Position numbers and translations under genes: made by a program
NCBI GenBank assembly: GCA_049430265.1
Contig: JBMTBW010000002.1
Span: 112,620-176,619 of the forward strand
Length of the DNA stretch: 64,000 nucleotides
DNA from: Candidatus Nanopelagicaceae bacterium
GTDB lineage: Bacteria; Actinomycetota; Actinomycetes; Nanopelagicales; Nanopelagicaceae
Direction of reading: 5' to 3'
Notes under the pieces: model-generated
Told to the model about the DNA's origin: nothing
The model's database searches: none
The model's input: the letters and a program-made list of their open reading frames with translations, nothing else
In this document: positions 54,788 through 62,369 of the stretch, piece by piece
Numbering within the stretch: the stretch's first letter is position 1
How the letters are laid out: every line of letters begins with the position of its first letter

Positions 54788-54858
54788 AGTTCAAGAGTAC
54801 CGATAGACTCGCACTTGTAATCCCGGGGACCGCACTTGGCCTCGAGGAAGGAAAGTAA

Positions 54859-55653
54859 ATGGCCCGCTATACCGTTTTAGATCTAGCTGCCTGGAAGAAA
54901 TCAGGTAAGCCCTTTGCCATGCTCACCGCATATGACTCAACGATGGCCTCAGTCTTTGATCAAGCCGGGGTACCGATACTGCTTGTTGGCGATAGCGCAG
55001 GCAATAACTTCCTTGGCCATGAGAACACCATTCCAGTTACCTTGGATGAATTAATCTCGCTATCTAGAGCTGTAGTTAAAGGCTCAGAGAAGGCTCTAGT
55101 AATTGCCGATCTTCCCTTTGGCTCCTATGAAGCTTCAACACAAATAGCGTTAGAGAGCAGCATTAGATTATTGAAAGAGGCAGGAGTTGCCGGGGTAAAA
55201 CTTGAAGGCGGAGTCAGAGTTTGCGAGCAAGTTAGAGCTCTAGTTAATAGTGGAATTCCAGTAATGGGCCATCTTGGAATGACCCCGCAATCAGTTAATG
55301 CCTTTGGCGGTTTTAAAGTTCAAGGAAGAGATAGTAAGGCAGATGAGATCATCAAAGATGCTCTTGCCCTTCAAGAAGCAGGTGCCTTTGCAATTGTGCT
55401 TGAGTTGATTCCTGCCAAATTGGCAACGGAGCTTTCAAAGAGGCTATCAATTCCAACTATTGGTATTGGCGCTGGGATTAACTGCGATGGCCAAGTTCTA
55501 GTCTGGACAGATCTAATGGGGCTAACTCCAAAGCCGCCACGTTTTTCAAGGGCCTATCTAAATCTACGTCAAGATATGGTTGCAGCAGTTGGCAGATGGA
55601 TTTCAGATGTGGAGTCAGGCTCCTTCCCCTCTGATAAAGAGAGCTTTGACTAA
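54859..55653 (+). CDS. panB: 3-methyl-2-oxobutanoate hydroxymethyltransferase
   Basis: 264-aa PanB pattern (FAMLTAYDSTMA ... VKLEGG ... GHLGMTPQS). GGAAGGAAAG precedes the ATG. Confidence 0.9.
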   Translation: MARYTVLDLAAWKKSGKPFAMLTAYDSTMASVFDQAGVPILLVGDSAGNNFLGHENTIPVTLDELISLSRAVVKGSEKALVIADLPFGSYEASTQIALESSIRLLKEAGVAGVKLEGGVRVCEQVRALVNSGIPVMGHLGMTPQSVNAFGGFKVQGRDSKADEIIKDALALQEAGAFAIVLELIPAKLATELSKRLSIPTIGIGAGINCDGQVLVWTDLMGLTPKPPRFSRAYLNLRQDMVAAVGRWISDVESGSFPSDKESFD

Positions 55654-55661
55654 GATAAGGC

Positions 55662-56930
55662 GTGCGCAAATACGCCATTGATTTAAGCCCCTTAAAGAAG
55701 TATCGCGACTTTAAGCTGCTCTTTACCGCAGGGCTCTTCTCCTACTTCGGCTCGATGATCACCTTCGTTGCCCTGCCTTTCCAAGTCAAAGAGCTAACCG
55801 GCTCATTTTGGGCTGTGGGGCTAATTGGTGTTGTGGAGATAATCCCCCTTATTGTCTTTGGCCTTTATGGCGGGGTCCTAGCTGATTACCTAGATCGAAA
55901 AAAGATGATCTGGTTTACAGAATTTGGCACTCTTATTGCAACCTCAATTCTTCTAATTAATTCCCTACAAGAAAAACCTAGCGTTATCTTGATCTTTGTT
56001 ATTGCAGCAATTTTCGCTGCTTTAAGCGGGCTAAAACGACCTAGTCAGGATGCGATTTTGCCAAGGCTTGTAAATCATGATGATCTGCCAAGTGCCAGCG
56101 CGCTAATGAGTCTTAGATGGCAATTTGGCGGAATCGTTGGACCATCAGTTGGCGGAATAATCATTGCAAGTTATGGGGCAGGTGCTGCTTACTTTATTGA
56201 TTGCCTCACCTTTGTAATTTCACTTGCGCTGATTTGGCAGGTTAGAAGTGTTCCCCCACTTGATAAGTCCACCCCACCATCTATGGCAGGTTTAATGGAG
56301 GGACTTAACTACGCCTTTAAGAGAAAGGATCTGCTTGGAACCTATGTTGTTGATTTAGCAGCAATGTTTCTTGCAATGCCGATGGCCCTTTTTCCTTTCT
56401 GGGCCGATGAAATTGGCGCCCCTTATGCCCTAGGTTTCTTCTATTCTTCAATTACCTTTGGCGCAGTCCTTGTAACTCTTCTAAGTGGTTGGATGAGAAA
56501 TTACCCCCATCATGGCAGGGCTGTAATTATCGGAGCCCTTGGTTGGGGGGTTGCAATCGTTGCGGCAGGAAGTAGTAATTCACTTGTTTTGGTAATCACC
56601 TGCCTGGTTATCGCTGGCGCATTTGATCAAGTCAGCGCTTTATTTCGCGGATTTATCTGGAATCAATCAATTCCAGATGAGCTAAGGGGGCGTCTTGCAG
56701 GAATTGAGATGCTCTCCTATTTACTCGGCCCACTTGGAGGACAGGCCAGGGCAGGAGGCATGGCAGCGATGAGTTCCTTGCGAACCTCCATCGTTGGCGG
56801 CGGATTACTCTGTATTGGCTTTGTTTCTCTGATCGCAGCAGTGATGCCAAAGTTTCGTAGCTATGATGTTCGGACCAATGAATATGCCCTCAAAGAGGCA
56901 AAAGTGCGCAAAAATAGGGAAAATATTTAA
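55662..56930 (+). CDS. MFS transporter (EntS/MFS_3-like)
   Basis: 422 aa with about 12 TM segments. The start is GTG. The substrate is unknown. Confidence 0.8.
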   Translation: MRKYAIDLSPLKKYRDFKLLFTAGLFSYFGSMITFVALPFQVKELTGSFWAVGLIGVVEIIPLIVFGLYGGVLADYLDRKKMIWFTEFGTLIATSILLINSLQEKPSVILIFVIAAIFAALSGLKRPSQDAILPRLVNHDDLPSASALMSLRWQFGGIVGPSVGGIIIASYGAGAAYFIDCLTFVISLALIWQVRSVPPLDKSTPPSMAGLMEGLNYAFKRKDLLGTYVVDLAAMFLAMPMALFPFWADEIGAPYALGFFYSSITFGAVLVTLLSGWMRNYPHHGRAVIIGALGWGVAIVAAGSSNSLVLVITCLVIAGAFDQVSALFRGFIWNQSIPDELRGRLAGIEMLSYLLGPLGGQARAGGMAAMSSLRTSIVGGGLLCIGFVSLIAAVMPKFRSYDVRTNEYALKEAKVRKNRENI

Positions 56931-57194
56931 AATATTTTTAACCCCCTACCCTTTAGTAACTAGGTTTTAAAAAGCCGTTTTTTCTTCAGTTTTACGAAAA
57001 TCGCGATATTTACGCGTAAAAAGTGCGTAAAAAGAGGGAAAAAAATCGCGCTATACACACTTTTTTTAGAAAAAGTAATCCGACACGCACCCAATTTATT
57101 TTCCCCAAATAGTGGAAACTTTGGCCAATAAGTGCCACGATTTGTCCTGCAACAGGTTCGGTGACGGATCGAACCATTCTGAAAGGAACACTAC

Positions 57195-57395
57195 GTGGCT
57201 GCAAAGCGTCGTAAGAAAGCTGCTGCTAAGGCAGCACCAAAGCGTCGTCGTAAGAAGGCTGCTGCAAAGGCTGCCCCAAAGCGTCGTCGTCGTAAGAAAG
57301 CTGCTGCAAAGAAGGCAGCTCCAAAGCGTCGTCGTAAGAAAGCTGCTGCAAAGGCTGCTCCAAAGCGTCGTCGTCGTAAGAAAGCTGCTAAGTAA
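57195..57395 (+). CDS. Small, highly basic Lys/Arg/Ala tandem-repeat protein (histone H1 / HU-tail-like)
   Basis: 66 aa built from five units of APKRRR(R)KKAAAK(K)A. The GTG start has AAGGA 7 nt upstream and a strong intrinsic terminator lies directly downstream. Confidence 0.7.
   Translation: MAAKRRKKAAAKAAPKRRRKKAAAKAAPKRRRRKKAAAKKAAPKRRRKKAAAKAAPKRRRRKKAAK
57201..57392 (+). repeat. In-frame tandem nucleotide repeat (units alternating 39 and 45 nt)
   Basis: CCAAAGCGTCGTCGT... recurs at 57237, 57276, 57321 and 57360, with a partial copy at 57201. The repeat is coding, with no spacers. Confidence 0.85.
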
Positions 57396-57414
57396 GCACG
57401 CTTTAGATTTACGG

Positions 57415-57450
57415 AAAAAGCCCGGCTGCATATGCGCCGGGCTTTTCTCT
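57415..57450 (+). terminator. Intrinsic terminator of the basic-protein gene
   Basis: AAAAAGCCCGGC-TGCATATGC-GCCGGGCTTTTCTCTTTC: an 8-bp GC-rich stem plus a T-rich tail, about 20 nt after the stop. Confidence 0.75.
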
Positions 57451-57520
57451 TTCCCGAGCCAAGTTAATAAAGAGCAAGAGCTGAGAAATACTCGCTTCAA
57501 TAATTTGTTGTATTAATACT

Positions 57521-57540
57521 ACATAGCATATATGCTATGT
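57521..57540. promoter_or_regulatory. Perfect 20-bp palindrome (probable operator) over the start of the HTH gene
   Basis: ACATAGCATA|TATGCTATGT has perfect dyad symmetry and covers the ATG at 57537. Confidence 0.5.
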
Positions 57541-57776
57541 CTATGAGTCGTAACCCAGAAGAGCCGGTCTATAACCTCATCGAGGTGGCTCGTGTGGCAC
57601 TTGGTCTCACAAGACAAGAGCTGGCCGACAAAGTTGGAGTCCACTACCAAACCATTGGCTATTTAGAGCGCGAGGAATATAGCCCCTCCCTAGTCTTAGC
57701 GCTGCGCATCGCAAATGCGCTCAATCAAGATGTTACAGAAATCTTTTCGCTGACCCCACTTAAGAGAGGTAAGTAA
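57537..57776 (+). CDS. Small XRE-family HTH regulator (YozG-like)
   Basis: 79 aa. LTRQELADKVGVHYQTIGYLEREEYSPSLVLALRIANALNQDVTEIF is typical of the short HTH family that pairs with small membrane proteins. Confidence 0.85.
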   Translation: MSMSRNPEEPVYNLIEVARVALGLTRQELADKVGVHYQTIGYLEREEYSPSLVLALRIANALNQDVTEIFSLTPLKRGK

Positions 57777-57777
57777 A

Positions 57778-58308
57778 ATGTCAAAGAAGAACAAGATCTA
57801 TTGGATGGAAGGCACGACCAAAAAAGATATTGAAGGTCTTCTAAAAAACCAGGGGTTTAATTGGCTTCGCTCCCAGAGAAATCGGCGAATCTTAGTCCTA
57901 GGTTACGCACTTATTCTTGCCCTTATTGCTTCAGGTAGTTACTACAAGCAGTTCAAAGAGTGGTTTGCTGTTGACAGCCTAATTCCGCTATTTGTTTTGA
58001 TAGCGATTGCCCTTCTGACTTTAGCTGGCTTTAGTTTGTTAAGAGTCGGCGTCCGAGGCATTGCCGAAGCACCTGATGAGTTATTAGATGAACGTCAAAG
58101 ATCGATTCGCAACTCCAACTACAGGTACTCCTATCTCCTTCTAGGATATGTACTGATTGTCTTTATGATCCTTCTTGCCATTGCTCCCGAAACCCGACCA
58201 TTTTCAGAGGGCGAGCAAGGCGATGCGGACTTTGTTTACATATCCCTAGTTATGACTATTGCTTCACTGCCATCCATGGTTATGGCTTGGAGAGAGCGGG
58301 ATATCTAG
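57778..58308 (+). CDS. Hypothetical four-TM membrane protein (partner of the HTH gene)
   Basis: 176 aa, starting 1 nt after the HTH stop. Layout is 2 TM, a cytoplasmic DELLDERQRSIRN segment, then 2 TM, reminiscent of DUF2178/DUF2975-type partners. This is not verified. Confidence 0.55.
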   Translation: MSKKNKIYWMEGTTKKDIEGLLKNQGFNWLRSQRNRRILVLGYALILALIASGSYYKQFKEWFAVDSLIPLFVLIAIALLTLAGFSLLRVGVRGIAEAPDELLDERQRSIRNSNYRYSYLLLGYVLIVFMILLAIAPETRPFSEGEQGDADFVYISLVMTIASLPSMVMAWRERDI

Positions 58309-59408
58309 AGGTGGGAAAACTACTTTCGAAAATTCCAGATTCCGTTGCCCTGCCGGCAGGCTTTCTCCTTCTGCCGATAGGAACCATACTGCTGCCCCTT
58401 CTGCCAGAACTTGGGGTTCCCCTGACTCTTCTAGCCACTAGATTCTTGGGAAGAAAATTCCAATGGGCCAGAAGATTTAATACCTGGGTTGATAATAAGT
58501 GGAGCAACATTCGGACTCGATTTAAAGGTGTGCGACGAGCTGATCATCCAAAGTTAGTTAAGTGGATTCTTGGAACCCTATTTATCGTAACCACCTGGCA
58601 AGTATTAGGCCTGGGTCTAACCTTTTTATTAGCCTCCTACTTTGACCTTGATGTTGAGTTGCTCTTTTCAACAGCTGATGAGGATCTGGCCGCTATTAGA
58701 GCCCTTCCGGCATGGAGTAGCGCAGCAACTGTTTTGATTTCGTTTCTGCCATTGCTAATTGCAACACTTCTGGCTTATCGCATCTTTTTGAAGAAGGATT
58801 TAAAGAGCCTCTTTACCTCCCGCGATAAATACTCATATAAAAGGACTTGGATTGGCTTTGCATCCCTTGCCCTAATTTCAATGGCTTTTGGCTCCCTTGA
58901 TTTAATACTTAATTGGGATTCCTACACTTTTAGCTTTAAAGCTTCAGCTTTTCTGCCCTACTTACTTATTGCTTTTACTCTCCTACCAATTCAAACCACA
59001 GCAGAGGAGCTCTTCTTTAGGGGCTGGATTCAACGCTGGCTTGATAATGGCAAGAAGAGGCAGTGGAGCATCTCGATTCTTAGCGGCGCTATCTTCTCAC
59101 TTCCTCATCTTGCAAATCCTGAAGTAGCGGGCAATGAACTCTTTCTTCCAATCATTAGCTATGGATCAACAGGATTTATGTTGGCCTGGGTGACTTATCG
59201 AGATCAGAGCCTGGAACTTGCTATCGGCGCGCACTTTGCCAATAACTTACTCGCAGCTCTTTTTATATCCAGCCAAGATTCAGCCCTTCCTTCAGTAAGC
59301 CTGTTTAGCGTGCCAGAAGTGCCCTGGGGGCCAGCGGCTCTGGTTTCAGTAGTTATGGTTCCTATTTTTATTTGGCTCACCGGCAGATGGGGCGCTAAGG
59401 CTTATTAG
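58287..59408 (+). CDS. CPBP-family intramembrane glutamic endopeptidase (CAAX protease/Abi) with an N-terminal PGPGW-like TM extension
   Basis: CPBP motifs (TTAEELFFRGW; FSLPHLAN; GAHFANN). The start is uncertain: TTG 58287 or GTG 58311, the latter 2 nt after the upstream stop. Confidence 0.8.
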   Translation: MERAGYLEVGKLLSKIPDSVALPAGFLLLPIGTILLPLLPELGVPLTLLATRFLGRKFQWARRFNTWVDNKWSNIRTRFKGVRRADHPKLVKWILGTLFIVTTWQVLGLGLTFLLASYFDLDVELLFSTADEDLAAIRALPAWSSAATVLISFLPLLIATLLAYRIFLKKDLKSLFTSRDKYSYKRTWIGFASLALISMAFGSLDLILNWDSYTFSFKASAFLPYLLIAFTLLPIQTTAEELFFRGWIQRWLDNGKKRQWSISILSGAIFSLPHLANPEVAGNELFLPIISYGSTGFMLAWVTYRDQSLELAIGAHFANNLLAALFISSQDSALPSVSLFSVPEVPWGPAALVSVVMVPIFIWLTGRWGAKAY

Positions 59409-60577
59409 AGGCTCTGCGCCTTTGTTTCATCTCGATGCTTACGCAGATAGGTCATAAAGGGAGTTCCGCCTGTACCAACAGCTGATGGGTTTCCTGGGGC
59501 TTTCTGGGCCTGGGCATGAATGTATTGCCCTGCATACTCAAGATGCATCGCTCTAAAATCTGCAACTAGCTCAACAGATTGGTTAAAGAGCTCTGTTGTT
59601 GAGGCGCGATTAACCTTCTTAACAAACTCCCGCACCGATGGACCTGCCTCAACAGCTTCAATAAATGCCACATGCTTTGGCGGCATATATTCGCGCATCT
59701 CCATTAGATACTCTCGAAGCTCATCTCTTTCATGTTCAATACCTAAGACTCCATCTAGTGCTGGAACAATTGCGCTCTGGGCGCCAGTCTCTCCTCGATA
59801 AGTCATTCCCTTGCCGCCAAGTGCCTCAACGCCTTCATAAACAACGCCATTTGGAAGAGCTGGGTTATTGCGCCAGCCAAAGATATATGGCCTGACCCTA
59901 TGGAAATAAACATATGGATCACACTTCTCCGGCATTCGAGCCAATACGTCATACATACTCTTGATGCCATCTCTTAGTTGAGTAAGAGCGATATCTAGTG
60001 CGTCGCTATCGTTAGCAACCACTGCCTTCTGGGCGAGTTCTATTGCATGAAGTGCAATTCCAGCCTTTTTTTCAATATCAATGTGAATGAGAATGAACCA
60101 CTCTTCATCCTGTCCCCCAAGGAAACATTGCAAGAGTGCGATATTGCCGCACTCAATTTCTTTTTTTGGATCGAGGCGATACCAGTTATCAATTGAGTAT
60201 GAGACATAGCTAAGAATTGGCGGGCGACCAACTTTGACCCCTAGCTCATACCAAGGCTTTGCTAAAACTGCAGGAATCACATGGGCTGCATCGTTTTCTG
60301 ACCATTGATAGGCCATGCCGATATAGGAAAGGGCGAGCATTGCACGTCTAACTTCGCCCTCGCTTGCTAGCGCATCCATTTTGAATGGTGGAAGTGATTT
60401 AACCCGGACCCTAAAATCTGAGCCCATTAGATATTTAGGTAAGTTTCGCGCCATCTCATCCCAAGCCGCATTTGCATCTGATAGTGATGCAACTGGATCG
60501 CTATGTTGCATATAGCCAAACTCTTTAGAGAGGCCAAAAGCTTCTAGAGATACTGACTTACTCATCTTGTTAACCAC
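59405..60577 (-). CDS. Indoleamine 2,3-dioxygenase (IDO) family haem protein
   Basis: 390 aa, collinear with animal/fungal IDO by eye: RPPILSYVSYSIDNW; YFHRVRPYIFGW; PNGVVYEGV; GETGAQSA; YMPPKHVAFI; GPSVREFV; FRAMHLEYAGQYI (proximal His); GTGGTPFMTYLRK. Alternative start at ATG 60565. Confidence 0.8.
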   Translation of the reverse strand: MVNKMSKSVSLEAFGLSKEFGYMQHSDPVASLSDANAAWDEMARNLPKYLMGSDFRVRVKSLPPFKMDALASEGEVRRAMLALSYIGMAYQWSENDAAHVIPAVLAKPWYELGVKVGRPPILSYVSYSIDNWYRLDPKKEIECGNIALLQCFLGGQDEEWFILIHIDIEKKAGIALHAIELAQKAVVANDSDALDIALTQLRDGIKSMYDVLARMPEKCDPYVYFHRVRPYIFGWRNNPALPNGVVYEGVEALGGKGMTYRGETGAQSAIVPALDGVLGIEHERDELREYLMEMREYMPPKHVAFIEAVEAGPSVREFVKKVNRASTTELFNQSVELVADFRAMHLEYAGQYIHAQAQKAPGNPSAVGTGGTPFMTYLRKHRDETKAQSL

Positions 60578-60705
60578 TCTCTATCCTGGAGTACTTGAGT
60601 ACTTCTATGAAATTACAGTATTTGAGCCTAGTGGCCTAAGAGAGGGGCCACAAGTGACTTCCCTGGGCATTAAGAATTTATTTGTCGGGCTAGTAGGGTC
60701 TGACT

Positions 60706-61281
60706 ATGGAGATAATCTCAACATTTAGAGCAACTAGTTCAGTACTCCTGGGTTATATAGGAATCGGATTACTTCTTGGCTCACTTGCACAAAGCCTTTT
60801 TTATGGGAGCAGAGAAGAATTGATCTCTTCAGCTCCCTATCTATACCTCATCGCAGCCCTGATTTATCTAGTGATGATTCGTCCAAAGTTGAAAATCTAC
60901 GCCTCACACATTGAAGTGATCAATCCACTAAGCACTCATAAAATTCCTTGGAAATACATATCAGCGATTGAAACCAAATACTGCCTGACTATGACTTTGC
61001 AGGATAAGACAATCAAAGCCTGGGCTGCAGTTGCACCGAGTCGCTATCACTTCAAGAGAGTGCACCCCACTGATTTTCGTGGCGTAAATCTTGAAAATAG
61101 CGAACTAGTACGTCCAAGCGACTCCCCGCTGACAGATTCAGGCGCAGCCGCCTATATATCTCGCCAAGAATGGATAAGAAGGAGAAGCTTGGAGAGCAAA
61201 TTAGCTCCAGAATCGCGAAGGATTAGTGGTATTTTTTACATTCCCATTGCAATAAGTGTTCTATTCATAATATTTAGATAA
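60706..61281 (+). CDS. Membrane protein with bacterial PH domain (Cfp6-like)
   Basis: 191 aa with two N-terminal TM segments followed by RPKLKIYASHIEVINPLSTHKIPWKYISAIE...IKAWAAVAP, which resembles the actinobacterial low-molecular-weight antigen 6 PH domain. Confidence 0.55.
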   Translation: MEIISTFRATSSVLLGYIGIGLLLGSLAQSLFYGSREELISSAPYLYLIAALIYLVMIRPKLKIYASHIEVINPLSTHKIPWKYISAIETKYCLTMTLQDKTIKAWAAVAPSRYHFKRVHPTDFRGVNLENSELVRPSDSPLTDSGAAAYISRQEWIRRRSLESKLAPESRRISGIFYIPIAISVLFIIFR

Positions 61282-61283
61282 CT

Positions 61284-62369
61284 TTATTCTTTGTTTCTAA
61301 TTCCCACCATCGCTCGTAATCTCTCTTTTTTGCTAATCGCCCTTTTTTGTCTTGGATCAAAAGCATCTCTCAGTCCATCACCAATAAAGTTTATGGAGAG
61401 AGCAATTGCAATGATGAAGAATCCTGGATACCAGAAGAGCCAGGGGCGAGTGGAGAAAGCCGCCTGATAGTTGCTTATCAATAGGCCGAGTGAGACATCG
61501 GGTGAAACAACTCCAAAGCCGAGATATGAAAGCGCAGTCTCAAGCAAAATTGCTCCAGAGAGAAGTAAGGTAACTGAGACAATAATAACTCCAACTGCAT
61601 TTGGCAAAATATGCTTGAAAATAATACGGCGCGCAGATGCCCCAGCTACTCTGGCAGCATCCACGAACTCCCTTTCACGAAGGGAAAGGAATTCACCTCG
61701 AACAAGTCTTGAGAGCCCAGTCCAGGCGAAGAGGCCTAAATAAACGGCCAAAACTGCTGCCCCTAGGTTTCCAAACTTTGCGCCGATCACCGCTCCAATA
61801 ATCACTGAAGGTATGGTGATGATAAAGTCTGTAAAGCGCATTAAAACCGCATCAATCCAGCCTCTAAAGTATCCCGCAACTGCTCCTACAACGATGCCAA
61901 TGGTGGCGGCAAAAAACCCAATGATGAACATAACCATCACGGATCGCTGCGCCCCTCTCATTACTAGCGCAAAATAATCGCGGCCAATGTCATCTTGGCC
62001 AAATGGGTGCTCTCCAAAACCAATACCTGCTCCTCCAAGCCATTTTGGTTTCAGTGAGATTGTTGGGCAACCAACAGTACCATCTGGACAACCTTCATAA
62101 AGCAACGGAGGAAGGTCATCAGTTTTATGCTTCCACCAACCATTAATCGATATCGGGCCAATCTTTGAATCAATCGCTGAGAAAACAAAAATAATTATTG
62201 AAATAAGCATTCCCACTGAGAATACCGCAGCTCTATGACGTAAAAAGCGCTTTAAAACAATCTGGCTCTGACTTAAGCCAGCAGTTTCTTTATTGGCAAT
62301 TGCATTCTCGCCAGTCAAATCAAGATTTTCACTTACTTGTTTCTTCTTGCCAAGCTTGAGAATTTTCAC
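61284..62369 (-). CDS. Peptide/nickel-type ABC transporter permease (OppC/DppC-like)
   Basis: 361 aa with the EAA loop (EFVDAARVAGASARRIIFKHILPN). Confidence 0.85.
   Translation of the reverse strand: MKILKLGKKKQVSENLDLTGENAIANKETAGLSQSQIVLKRFLRHRAAVFSVGMLISIIIFVFSAIDSKIGPISINGWWKHKTDDLPPLLYEGCPDGTVGCPTISLKPKWLGGAGIGFGEHPFGQDDIGRDYFALVMRGAQRSVMVMFIIGFFAATIGIVVGAVAGYFRGWIDAVLMRFTDFIITIPSVIIGAVIGAKFGNLGAAVLAVYLGLFAWTGLSRLVRGEFLSLREREFVDAARVAGASARRIIFKHILPNAVGVIIVSVTLLLSGAILLETALSYLGFGVVSPDVSLGLLISNYQAAFSTRPWLFWYPGFFIIAIALSINFIGDGLRDAFDPRQKRAISKKERLRAMVGIRNKE

Noticed and set aside
57201-57392. Regular 39/45-nt tandem repeat considered as a possible CRISPR-like array
   Set aside because: The units are contiguous with no unique spacers, are in-frame and encode a repeated peptide. 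No cas genes are present.
57096-57516. Two 134-aa ORFs (57096-57500 minus, 57112-57516 plus) overlapping the basic repeat gene
   Set aside because: They are alternative-frame and antisense readings of the same nucleotide repeat, giving SVVVRKLLQR and LTTTTLWSSL repeats. They run through the intrinsic terminator hairpin and lack an SD. The 57195-57395 frame has an SD and ends just before the terminator.
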